This document shows positions 31,848 through 42,301 of a stretch of DNA of 64,000 bases, one piece after another. Position numbers and translations under genes: made by a program. Within the stretch, counting starts at the first letter, position 1. Each line of letters begins with the position of its first letter. This stretch comes from an uncultured cyanobacterium (lineage in GTDB: Bacteria; Cyanobacteriota; Cyanobacteriia; Cyanobacteriales; CAWCAG01), in NCBI GenBank assembly GCA_963803805.1, contig CAWDOD010000003.1, positions 160,001-224,000 of the forward strand, in the 5' to 3' direction. A model generated the notes under the pieces. The model saw only the letters and a program-made list of their open reading frames with translations, did no database searches and was not told the DNA's origin.

Positions 31848-32675
31848 ATGATAAATGTTCTTTGGCATTCTAAGTCTGGAAGAATCGGCTTAATACTAAC
31901 AGTTACTATCGTTTTAATAGCTTCCCTTGCTCCTGTTTTAAATCCTTTTGATCCTGCTACTGCTAGAGATTACGCTGCTAGATTAAAACCTCCTTCGGTT
32001 GAACATTTATTCGGTACAGATGCTTTAGGGAGAGATGTCTTAACTTTAGTTTGGTATGGAGTAAGAACCTCCTTAATTGTGGGACCAATTTCTGTAACTT
32101 TAGGTTTACTAATCGGTACGTTTTTAGGTTTAATTGCTGGTTATTTTCGTGGTTTAGCAGATATGATCATTGGCTGGTTAACAGACATCCTTTTAGCCTT
32201 TCCTTCAATTTTATTAGCCATCGCCATTGTTACAGTCACAGGCCCCAGTCTCCCCAGTGTGATGTTGGCAGTGGGGATTGTACAAATTCCCATTTTTATT
32301 CGCTTGACCCGTAGTATGGTTCTTTCTCTGCGAGAAAGAGAGTTTGTTCAAGCTGTTAAATCTTTAGGTGCAACCCCAACCAGAATTATTTTTCTGCACA
32401 TATTACCTAGTAGCTTCAGTCCCCTAATTGTTCAAGCCACTCTCTCTATTGGTACAGCAACCCTAGAAGCTGCTGGTTTAGGCTTCCTTGGTTTAGGCGC
32501 ACAACCCCCAACTCCTGAATTAGGAACTATGTTGGCTGATTCTTTTAAAGGAGGCTATTCTTTATCAGCCCCCTGGACAACTATTTTTCCTGGCTTGTTG
32601 ATTACTTTAATTGTCTTAGCTTTTAATTTATTAGGAGATGGATTAAGAGATAGTTTAGATCCGCGTTTGAATTAA
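31848..32675 (+). CDS. Peptide ABC transporter permease (DppC/OppC-like)
   Basis: HLFGTDALGRD, EFVQA.KSLGA, NLLGDGLRD.LDPR. Confidence 0.93.
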   Translation: MINVLWHSKSGRIGLILTVTIVLIASLAPVLNPFDPATARDYAARLKPPSVEHLFGTDALGRDVLTLVWYGVRTSLIVGPISVTLGLLIGTFLGLIAGYFRGLADMIIGWLTDILLAFPSILLAIAIVTVTGPSLPSVMLAVGIVQIPIFIRLTRSMVLSLREREFVQAVKSLGATPTRIIFLHILPSSFSPLIVQATLSIGTATLEAAGLGFLGLGAQPPTPELGTMLADSFKGGYSLSAPWTTIFPGLLITLIVLAFNLLGDGLRDSLDPRLN

Positions 32676-33109
32676 TAGGCAATGGAAAGGAGGGAAATAA
32701 CATAAGTGCAGTTTAACTAAATTCGACTTAGATATTAAATCTATTTAATTTACATAACTTCAACTGAAAATTTGTCAAGTCCTAAAAAGGTTCTCAAACG
32801 ACGCATTTATGTGATTTAATGGAATAATCGAAAAATCATACTGCTACCCCTATATCTAAAACCAAAAGCCAATCTCTACAAGCTAGATAAAGCGTTAATT
32901 AAATGGCTATTTTCCCTCAAAACCATAGTTAAAGAAAGTGCTAGGTCTAACAAATTTTGAGGGGATTTTCAAAGTTTTTTTGACAAAAATCGCTTTTTAA
33001 AGTAAGCGACACAGGAATTTGTAACAAAGAAATCAAAAACCTCATCATAAGTTTAAAGTTGTGATCACAACGTTGTTATATCATTTATCATTAAACATTT
33101 TTATAGCTC

Positions 33110-33322
33110 ATGGAATTTGTTGTTTTATTTGCTGCCATTATTGTAGCTTGGCTTGTATTTAACCTCTTAGTTAAAATCGTCAAAACCAGCATCAAAACTG
33201 CAATAACGGTAGCCATCATCGTCTTAATGTTGCAACTAATCTTTGGAATTGGGCCTCAAGATTTGTGGCAAGCAATAGTTAGTATCCCTGAAACTTTAGC
33301 AGATTTTTTTAACTCCAATTAA
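33110..33322 (+). CDS. Small membrane protein
   Basis: 70 aa with two hydrophobic helices. Confidence 0.7.
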   Translation: MEFVVLFAAIIVAWLVFNLLVKIVKTSIKTAITVAIIVLMLQLIFGIGPQDLWQAIVSIPETLADFFNSN

Positions 33323-33419
33323 TTGAGTAATGATGTAAAGGTTTCACCTAGAGAGGGAAAGAGGCGATTTTTATTTTTGCTGCGTTCGCAATGAACAATA
33401 AATCGAGTAACCTAGATAA

Positions 33420-34727
<1,308 letters not shown>

Positions 34728-34747
34728 TATTGGTCATTAATTAAAAG

Positions 34748-34776
34748 AAGAGACGTTCAAAGCGAACGTCTCTTTT
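34748..34776 (+). terminator. Hairpin / intrinsic terminator after ahcY
   Basis: AAGAGACGTTC-AAAGC-GAACGTCTCTT followed by TT. Confidence 0.65.
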
Positions 34777-34892
34777 CAGTTTCTTCAGTTTCTTCAATGT
34801 TATTTCTAAGAAGCTTTCTTCTTCTTTAAACAAGTCTATTGAGGTTATTACAAGAAGCTCTTCTTGCTTCACATACCCAATTAATATAATTT

Positions 34893-35405
34893 TTAGCTCA
34901 AATCAAATCTAACTTCTAGAAGCTGCTCTCTATGATACTTTGTTACATACATCTCTTTAAAACCCGGCTCATCATAAAGTTTTTTATTAATGTCAAAATG
35001 TTGATAATCTCCTTTAATAGATACACATTCAGTCCAAGGAACATTATAATAACAGGCATCTTTCTGAGATAAAGGAGTATCACTATAGAAAATACTGTTG
35101 TAATTATATTTCCAATGAATTAAAGTCTTGATCAAAATACAATATCGTCCATCAGCAGTATGGAGAGCTAAGACAGTTCCTCTTTGGGAAAGATAGCGAA
35201 ATCTTTTCGGTAATTCTAATTCTAAAGCAGTATTTGAAGGTATATTCTGGTTTTTTGCCCAATCAAGTATAGCTGGACATATCTTTAGGCAAATACATTG
35301 TCTAAATTTAGATATAACTACTAATGGCGACCAGAAAAGTAGATGAAAGATACACAGAATCGCTAAACCTATACCGGTTATTAAATTATCTAATAATTTA
35401 CTCAA
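34893..35405 (-). CDS. Hypothetical membrane-anchored protein; last gene of the toxin/immunity array
   Basis: N-terminal hydrophobic segment; paralog of 35503-37003 (PAILDW..LELPKRFRY.SQRGTVLAL..DG.YC). Confidence 0.7.
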   Translation of the reverse strand: MSKLLDNLITGIGLAILCIFHLLFWSPLVVISKFRQCICLKICPAILDWAKNQNIPSNTALELELPKRFRYLSQRGTVLALHTADGRYCILIKTLIHWKYNYNSIFYSDTPLSQKDACYYNVPWTECVSIKGDYQHFDINKKLYDEPGFKEMYVTKYHREQLLEVRFDLS

Positions 35406-35553
35406 TTTAGATAGAACGATATTTGATAAACAAGTGGTCTAATCAGACATGGTAGCTCTTTCAGCGCTTTTGTGCATTCTAGGTTTAGTAGAACCGCAAT
35501 TTTTAATTTAGAGAATAGCAAACTTCAAACAATTGTTGATTGTAACTCTGTTT

Positions 35554-36731
35554 CAGAAGTGTTGCGCGAGGGGGTGTTCAGTCTAAAAATAGACACACTA
35601 CACCTATGATCAAGAAAATACCTTTATATGAACACTAGCTTTTTAAACCAGTGAACATAGCTGATATGTTCACTCATAAAAGCCTGTAAATAGCGAAGCT
35701 TATCTAATAGTTTATTGCCAAACTCTTGAGGTATTTTCACCAAAGCTAGTAACACATAACCAATCAAGCAACTGTATATTTGGATTTCAATTCCATTAGT
35801 GTTTTTAGTTATTAATTTGTCTAGTTTTAAGTGCATCTTAAGGAATTTCCAGAACAATTCTATTTGCCATCTTAAACGGTACAATTCTCCAATTTCTTGG
35901 TTACTCATTTCCTCCTCTCCTTTTTCTGGCAAGTTAGTTGCTAGTCGAAATTCTGTTCTACTTTCTAAGTCGCAAAATATTACTACTCTTACTTCTACTT
36001 GCTCTTTTCCTTTACCCAATATGTAATTGCCATTCTCTAGCATTTGAATGCTTATGTTTTTCTTTATTCTTAATAGGAAATATTTATTGGTTTCACTCAA
36101 TAGTGACCTGATTCTTGACAATCCTGAAAACCCTCTATCCATTAGGCTAACTCCGTTTTCAGGATTAGACTCTATTGTATAGTCTCCATACTTGCTGTCA
36201 TGACCTTGACCAAAGTGTATCAGTATTCCTTCTGGGGAGGATGTTAATAAGTTCAGACCACTAAATAATTTAACTTGTTTTAATCCTTGCTTTGTTAGTA
36301 ACTTACTTGTCAATGTCACTATGGTTGAATCTAAAGGAAACAAAGCTAACCTTCTGTTGTCTATTTTTTTACTCTTGTTTAACTGTTTTCTCAGTTTTTT
36401 AAACAGATTGTAAAACAACATTGGGTCTCGTTTTTTACTCGCTCTGGAGAATGTTGATTTATCTACTGTTATGCCACGAATATTCAGGGTTTTGAATACA
36501 GAAGTCATGCTTACTTGCCCTTGGTCTAATACGAAACTTAGCCAGGTTGATACAAATAAAAATGTATTTAGTACTGGATAATCGTCTTTGGGTAAGTCTC
36601 CCAGGTACTTTTTGACTATTTTTGGGAAGTTTGATACCATCTACTTAACTTTATTATTTATTTTAATCGCCTCCATTTTACCAATTTGTAGGCTCTTTTT
36701 TACTTTTATTTGCTATCACTCAACGCTTCTG
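35554..36731 (-). mobile_element. IS4-family insertion sequence
   Basis: Terminal inverted repeats CAGAAGTGTTG (35554-35564) and CAACGCTTCTG (36721-36731); no target duplication. Confidence 0.82.
35624..36640 (-). CDS. IS4 family DDE transposase
   Basis: LDST, MDRGF, ATNL, Y..RWQIE.F.K.LK. Confidence 0.93.
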   Translation of the reverse strand: MVSNFPKIVKKYLGDLPKDDYPVLNTFLFVSTWLSFVLDQGQVSMTSVFKTLNIRGITVDKSTFSRASKKRDPMLFYNLFKKLRKQLNKSKKIDNRRLALFPLDSTIVTLTSKLLTKQGLKQVKLFSGLNLLTSSPEGILIHFGQGHDSKYGDYTIESNPENGVSLMDRGFSGLSRIRSLLSETNKYFLLRIKKNISIQMLENGNYILGKGKEQVEVRVVIFCDLESRTEFRLATNLPEKGEEEMSNQEIGELYRLRWQIELFWKFLKMHLKLDKLITKNTNGIEIQIYSCLIGYVLLALVKIPQEFGNKLLDKLRYLQAFMSEHISYVHWFKKLVFI

Positions 36732-37102
36732 AAGACACAGTATTGACCATCATCAGAATTTAAAGCTAAGACAGTACCTCTTTGGGAAATATAGCGAAAT
36801 CTTTTGGGTAATTCTAGCTCCCTAATAATACTAGAATGTGTATTTTGACTCTTTACCCAATCAAGAATTGCTGGAGCATTTTTCAGAGAGACAAATCGTC
36901 TAAATTGATAAATAAGCCAGAATGGTAACCAAAGGGGTGAAGTTAAGAAAGCTATGCTTGATCCCAACACGTTAGTTGTAAATTTGTTCAATTTAGTTGT
37001 CACTCCACATCTTAGTCTGCTACTGCAAATCTAAAAATAACTAACTGTTCTTCAATTTATTTATCTGCTCTATAATATCTGCGATCGCACTAAATTTAGC
37101 TT

Positions 37103-37429
37103 TTAAAGTAGTGGCTCAAATGAACTGTAGGCTTTATAGTTTCGGAAATGCCGAGTATATAAGTCTGTTTCATCTTCAAACTCATCGTACAAGGTTGGAT
37201 TCACATCAACAACCTGCTTCAAAGACCAAGTAATAGTTTCTCCATATTCATTCTGAAATTTCCCTTCCTCTTTCTTCGCGTAAGCTAAGGTTTTCTCCTG
37301 AGCTTCTTCTAGAGAGCTAGCTTTGATTAAGGTAAAACATTCTTGGTACAAAGGCTTGTAATCTAGTTTGTTAGAGTGAGATTCATAAAGAATTAAGGCA
37401 ACATAAAAAGACTGAGTTGAATCTTCCAT
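37103..37429 (-). CDS. DUF4288-like protein (candidate orphan immunity protein)
   Basis: Y.A.ILY, Y.E...LIKA.S.EEA.EK, N.YGETITW pattern. Confidence 0.7.
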   Translation of the reverse strand: MEDSTQSFYVALILYESHSNKLDYKPLYQECFTLIKASSLEEAQEKTLAYAKKEEGKFQNEYGETITWSLKQVVDVNPTLYDEFEDETDLYTRHFRNYKAYSSFEPLL

Positions 37430-37504
37430 TAACTTTACCTCTAAAACTATTTCAGAAATTTACCATCATTCAAAAGTTTCTAGGCTCTTTTATTGTTATA
37501 TGAT

Positions 37505-37864
37505 TCAGTCGTCAACTAAACTGATTTTAGCTAGAGCTTTAGCACCCTTTACTAAAGACTTGCCCCAAGTAAAATTGTAAGGTAATCCGGGGGTTACTGA
37601 TAATAGCATGGAGATGGGAGGGACTATATATTCCACAACTTCTGGATAGGAAATAACAAAAATATTCAGGAAACCTAAACGTTCTAAATAGGTTTTCAAC
37701 TCTTGCCGAGAATTATCTTCTTCTTGCCTGGGAGCATAGATTTGTTCTCTACCAATTACAGAATAATACTGCTCCCAAAGTTCCCTTATTTTTTCTTGAA
37801 CAGCTATATTCCCTAAATAAAACTCCGGGGGAGAAGCAGACTTAGGATCGAAGCCGAGAATCAA
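37505..37864 (-). CDS. Hypothetical protein or gene fragment
   Basis: 119-aa ORF with TTG start, co-oriented within the array; no motif recognised. Confidence 0.35.
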   Translation of the reverse strand: MILGFDPKSASPPEFYLGNIAVQEKIRELWEQYYSVIGREQIYAPRQEEDNSRQELKTYLERLGFLNIFVISYPEVVEYIVPPISMLLSVTPGLPYNFTWGKSLVKGAKALAKISLVDD

Positions 37865-37888
37865 TCACAATTTGCTCACCCTACAATA

Positions 37889-38056
37889 CTAAAATCTACG
37901 AGGGAACTTAGCGTCCTCACACTCATTAATTTCTTCATTCCAACGACCTCCTCGATCTAAACAACTATCCACAGCTAAAAAATTTCTTGCCCAAGGAAGA
38001 AATAGATATCCTAATAGAAATACGGTGATAATTCCCACTATGATCTTAAGTTTCAT
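37889..38056 (-). CDS. Small single-TM protein (55 aa); candidate immunity protein for the SAA-like tip
   Basis: ATG at 38056, 5 bp after the toxin stop: MKLKIIVGIITVFLLGYLFLPW...DSCLDRGGRWNEEINEC. Confidence 0.7.
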   Translation of the reverse strand: MKLKIIVGIITVFLLGYLFLPWARNFLAVDSCLDRGGRWNEEINECEDAKFPRRF

Positions 38057-38061
38057 GATGC

Positions 38062-39018
38062 TCAATATCGATTTGGTAAACCTTCGGGACGGAATTGTTG
38101 ACACATATCTGGACATGATCCGTCAGGATTATATGCACCAGATATTCGACCGCTATTATTTGCGATTTGATCTTGCTGGCTTGCTTCAGCTGGATCTCCT
38201 TTAATCTGGTCAAAAATCTCCCTTGAATTGCTTAACCACTCAGCCATCTGTGCGCCATAAGGACCGAGTTGAGCTGCTTCACAATTTGCCTTGCAGTGAA
38301 AATAGGCATCGCCACCAATCCAATTTGCCTCACGCATATCGTTATAGTTTCGCCAAAAAATACTGATAGCTGCTCCTTCCTGGAAAGCTCGTGCAGCTTG
38401 ATCTAAACTTGGTCCCAAAACTGGATTTTGGGGTATGAGTATTTGAGAAAGTATTCGTGATTGATCAGATGAGTTGTTCGTAGATAGTGGGTCTAATTCA
38501 TCTGAAAGTTGGCTATTATTATCAGTAGCTTGTTGGAATTGCGAACCTTCTAATTTTTCCCTATCAGAAACTTCTGCTTTAGCTTGAACTTGTAAAGAAC
38601 TCCTCTGAGCATAATTTCGCAACAAATGCTGAACAGATTCCCCAGCAGCCACCTTAGCTCCCACCGCATCAGCCTCCACCTCATACTTATCCCCCACCTT
38701 ACCCATTTCTCCCGCAAGTTGCACCTTACCAGATTGTTGCTGTACAACATGAGTTCCTTCATGGGCTGATAACTCCACACTAGGAGGCTTTTGAAAAGCA
38801 ATCTTATTCCCCATCGTATAAGCCTGGGCCCCCAACTGCTTACTCGCTGCTGCTGCGGGGCCACCGATATAAGCTTGGACATGGGACAAATCTTGTCCAA
38901 AAGACCTTTGAATTCTATCTAAATGAGGTAATGGTACAGGGGAACCGGTAAAACCTGTAGCAGCAATCTGGGATGGAGAGTGATTAGTTTCTTCTCCTCC
39001 ACATTTGGCACATTTAGC
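38062..39018 (-). pseudogene. DUF4157 core plus serum-amyloid-A-like tip; 5' region degenerate
   Basis: HEGTHVVQQ core; tip FWRNYNDMREANWIGGDAYFH...DQIANNSGR...FRPEGLPNRY; in-frame TAA at 39019-39021 in I*AKCAKC. Confidence 0.8.
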
Positions 39019-39195
39019 TTATATAGCAGTCACCACGATTGTTAGGACATTTTTCTGTTGCCTATTGCCTTGAAAGCAAGATTTAATGTCATAACCGATA
39101 TGTCCGTTGCTATACCTTCAAACTAGCAGGCATCTTTCCCAGGTTGCCCTTTCTTTAACTAGCTGCTGTTGGGGGGATAAGCTTTGTTGAGTAGC

Positions 39196-39378
39196 TTAAT
39201 TGCTTTGGAGTTTTCGTCGAAACGTAACCGATGGTATAAAGTGCAAAATTTTTTCTTCCATTAAATCTGGGTCATCGTGAAACTCAAATCTGTTTCCCAA
39301 TGCCCAACATCCAGATGTAGGAATAACTAGCAGGATGCCTAAGATAGTAGACCAAAGCAGTTGTTGGTTACTTTTCAT
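39196..39378 (-). pseudogene. Truncated paralog of the lipoprotein-like immunity family
   Basis: IPTSGCWALGNRFEFHDDPDLMEE; similarity is lost after about residue 50. Confidence 0.75.
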
Positions 39379-39395
39379 CTTGATTAATCTGCTTT

Positions 39396-39815
39396 TCAGA
39401 GTCCAGTCAAGCCTACGTTTACAGAAATAAATGTTACCTCTCTATTCTCGTCATATACTATCGAAGGTTGCCATCTTATTTGTCTTAAAACTCCTACCAT
39501 TTTCCTGCGATCGCAAGATAAAAAATCTACTCCTCTATAAAGAGTCTGCTTACCACCAGGAAAGTTAGGATCTTCTCTCATATTAGAAAAAATACCATTC
39601 TCAATATACTCGCATTTGAAACCATTACTCTCCATAATTCTTTTAGCTCTGTCGATAGAGCTACCCACTGGTATAAGCTGCGAAATTTCTTCTTCCATTA
39701 AATCTGGGTCATCATGAAACTTAAATCTGTTTCCTAACGCCCAACATCCAGATGTAGGAATAATTAGTACGAGACCTAAGATAGTCAAAGAGATCAGTTG
39801 TTGGTTAATTTTCAT
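39396..39815 (-). CDS. Putative lipoprotein, candidate immunity protein (copy A)
   Basis: Signal peptide with TSGC; FHDDPDLMEEEI..IPVGS.I..AK.IME.NGF.C; near-identical to 41871-42290. Confidence 0.8.
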   Translation of the reverse strand: MKINQQLISLTILGLVLIIPTSGCWALGNRFKFHDDPDLMEEEISQLIPVGSSIDRAKRIMESNGFKCEYIENGIFSNMREDPNFPGGKQTLYRGVDFLSCDRRKMVGVLRQIRWQPSIVYDENREVTFISVNVGLTGL

Positions 39816-40434
39816 CTTGATTCAGCTCATTGGGTAGTTCTATACTGCCTAGTACTTTAGGCGAAAGCGGGTCTGTGTTAATTTGAGCTAGTTGTTGAGG
39901 ATCGTTTTCTGAAGTCTTCTGGTTTTCTAAAGCCTGCTCATTGCCTAAAGATTTCTTTTGTAACTTCTTAAAAGTTCCTGCTTTAGCTTGAACTTGCGAA
40001 GAACTCCTACGAATATAATTCTGAAGTAAAGGCTGAACAGATTCCCTAGCAGCCACCACCTCATACTTATCCCCAACCTTACCCATCTCCCCCGCAAGTT
40101 GCACCTTACCAGATTGTTGCTGTATTACATGGGTTCCTTCATGGGCTGACAACTCCACACTGGGAGGCTTTTGGAACGCAATCTTATTCCCCATCGTATA
40201 AGCCTGGGCCCCCAACTGCTTACTCGCTGCTGCTGCGGGGCCACCGATATAAGCTTGGACATGGGATAAATCTTGTCCAAATGACCTTTGAATTTTGTCT
40301 AAATGGGGTAATGGTACAGGGGAACCAGTAAAACCTCTAGCGGCAATCTGGGTAGGAGAATGACTTACTTCTTCTCCTCCACACGTAGCTTGTACCTTTA
40401 AAGTGGAAGAAATAAGTAAAAAACTAAAGACCAA
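39805..40434 (-). pseudogene. Orphan DUF4157 cassette with the toxin domain deleted
   Basis: HEGTHVIQQ core; lacks EADAVGAK (24 bp); the linker matches 42850-42937 and then jumps to sequence matching the 3' end at 42302. Confidence 0.8.
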
Positions 40435-40834
40435 CTAGTCCTGTTGAAACAAAAACACTCTCAACACTTTCGTCTTGATGCTCAATAACAACTTGCCATC
40501 TTCTTGAGACAACCAACGCTTTACTGAGTAATGGTTTACTAAAGTCACAATACAAAAAATCTACGTTGAAGCGTAGATTTTCTTCTGTGGTTCCATGGGT
40601 TTCATTTTCCATATATTCACAGGTGAAACCATTTTGCTCCATTACTTCCTTAGCATCAGCAATAGGACTACCAATAGAAATATAGCTGAGAATTTCTTCT
40701 TTCATTAAGTCGGGATCTTCATGAAACTTAATTTTGTTTGCCACTAATTTGCTTGCAATACTCAAAGTAATAGATAAGATAATTCCTACTAGGAGTAAAA
40801 ATAGGAACTTTGGTAATTTCTGATGTGAGTTCAT
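40424..40834 (-). CDS. Membrane-anchored paralog of the immunity family
   Basis: KFHEDPDLMKEEI..ISIGSPI.DAK.VME.NGF.C...VDFLYCD...W; begins 10 bp after the toxin stop. Confidence 0.8.
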   Translation of the reverse strand: MNSHQKLPKFLFLLLVGIILSITLSIASKLVANKIKFHEDPDLMKEEILSYISIGSPIADAKEVMEQNGFTCEYMENETHGTTEENLRFNVDFLYCDFSKPLLSKALVVSRRWQVVIEHQDESVESVFVSTGLVGL

Positions 40835-40844
40835 TATTCACAGC

Positions 40845-41862
40845 CTAAATTTTTGTTTTCCAACCCGGTGCATATACAGGAGGTTCATGTTCTCCTAAAC
40901 CTGCATCTCGTATACCTTGATGAGCTACAGAGTTACTGTTAGGCCCCAGTGGAAAATAACGAACCTTTTTTGCTTCAATCCTACGCATTGAGCTTGCTAG
41001 CTTTTCCCTGTATCTGTCGCAGGCTTGAAGATCTAAGTTAGCTGCTGTCTTGATTCTACCACTGGGATTTGTCGTCCAATCTAGACCGCGAGGAACATAT
41101 GGACGAGATGTAGTAACTATATATCCCCAATGACCCTGATCCGTTTCACTAGAGTTGCTTGAATCTGTACCGCTTGAATCACTAATACTACCACCCGTAC
41201 TACCAGAGCTACCAGCAGTGTCAGTATTAGGTCCACCGCGAAAAAGTGTTTCTCTTGCAGATTTGATAGGTTTACCTTGCTCATTTACGGTAACTGGATC
41301 TGAAACGACAATAAATCCATGATGACCTATTCCTAAATCTACTCCGTAATAGCGAAGCTCAACTTTACCTGGCCGAGTAGAAGATTTGGCAAGTTGTATT
41401 GCTACGGTTGGATCGCTTTCTACTTTAGCTACATCTTGTCCTAATGACTGTTGAACTGTATCCAAATGAGGCAATTGTGTTGAAAAGCTAGTAAAACCAG
41501 TTGTAGCAATAGACGAAGAACTTCTATGAGAATACTTTTGCAACAAAGGCTGAACAGATTCCCCAGCAGCCACTTTAGCCCCCACCGCATCAGCCTCCAC
41601 CTCATACTTATCCCCAACCTTACCCATTTCCCCCGCAAGTTGCACCTTACCGGATTGTTGCTGTACTACATGGGTTCCTTCATGGGCTGATAACTCCACA
41701 CTGGGTGGCTTTTGAAAAGCAATCTTATTCCCCATCGTATAGGCTTGGGCCCCCAACTGCTTACTCGCTGCTGCGGCTGGGCCACCGATATAAGCTTGGA
41801 CATGGGACAAATCTTGTCCAAAAGACCTTTGAATTCTATCTAAATGGGGTAATGGTACAGGG
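40845..41862 (-). CDS. 5'-truncated (orphan) DUF4157 cassette with an intact His...GPNSNS permuted-papain-like tip
   Basis: HEGTHVVQQ; tip HHGFIVV, FRGGP, DWTTNPS, Y.PLGPNSNS, PP..APGW. The core begins abruptly 8 bp after the upstream stop codon. Confidence 0.75.
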
Positions 41863-41870
41863 GCTGCTTT

Positions 41871-42290
41871 TCAGAGTCCAGTTAAGCCTACGTTTACAGA
41901 AATAAATGTTACCTCTCTATTCTCGTCATATACTATTGCTGCTAGCCATTTTACTTCTCTTAAAACTGCTACCATTTTGCTGCGATCACAAGATAAAAAA
42001 TCTACTCCTCTATAAAGAGTATGCTTACCACCAGGAAAGTTAGGATCTTCTCTTACCCTAGAAAAAGTATCATTCTCAATATATTCACATTTGAAACCAT
42101 TACTCTCCATAATTCTTTTAGCTCTGTCGATAGAGCTACCCACTGGTATAAGCTGCGAAATTTCTTCTTCCATTAAATCTGGGTCATCATGAAACTTAAA
42201 TCTGTTTCCTAACGCCCAACATCCAGATGTAGGAATAATTAGTACGAGACCTAAGATAGTCAAAGAGATCAGTTGTTGGTTAATTTTCAT
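41871..42290 (-). CDS. Putative lipoprotein, candidate immunity protein (copy B)
   Basis: Near-identical to 39396-39815. Confidence 0.8.
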   Translation of the reverse strand: MKINQQLISLTILGLVLIIPTSGCWALGNRFKFHDDPDLMEEEISQLIPVGSSIDRAKRIMESNGFKCEYIENDTFSRVREDPNFPGGKHTLYRGVDFLSCDRSKMVAVLREVKWLAAIVYDENREVTFISVNVGLTGL

Positions 42291-42301
42291 CTTGATTCAG
42301 C

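Larger units (their letters stand above)
35503..37003 (-). pseudogene. Paralog of 34893-35405, disrupted by IS4 and partly deleted
   Basis: 5' part at 37003-36732. 3' remnant KQSYNQQLFEVCYSLN* at 35553-35503 matches the paralog end TKYHREQLLEVRFDLS*. Confidence 0.75.

Noticed and set aside
33059-33070. Palindrome TTGTGATCACAA as a CRP site
   Set aside because: It lacks the 6-bp spacer of TGTGA-N6-TCACA and has no other support.
38550-38900. 116-aa alternative-frame ORF (and 41441-41638, 41705-41905)
   Set aside because: These are off-frame readings of the repeated DUF4157 core.
39396-42290. Diversity-generating retroelement explaining the near-identical pairs
   Set aside because: No reverse transcriptase in the window, and differences include both T/C and G/A changes rather than being adenine-specific.
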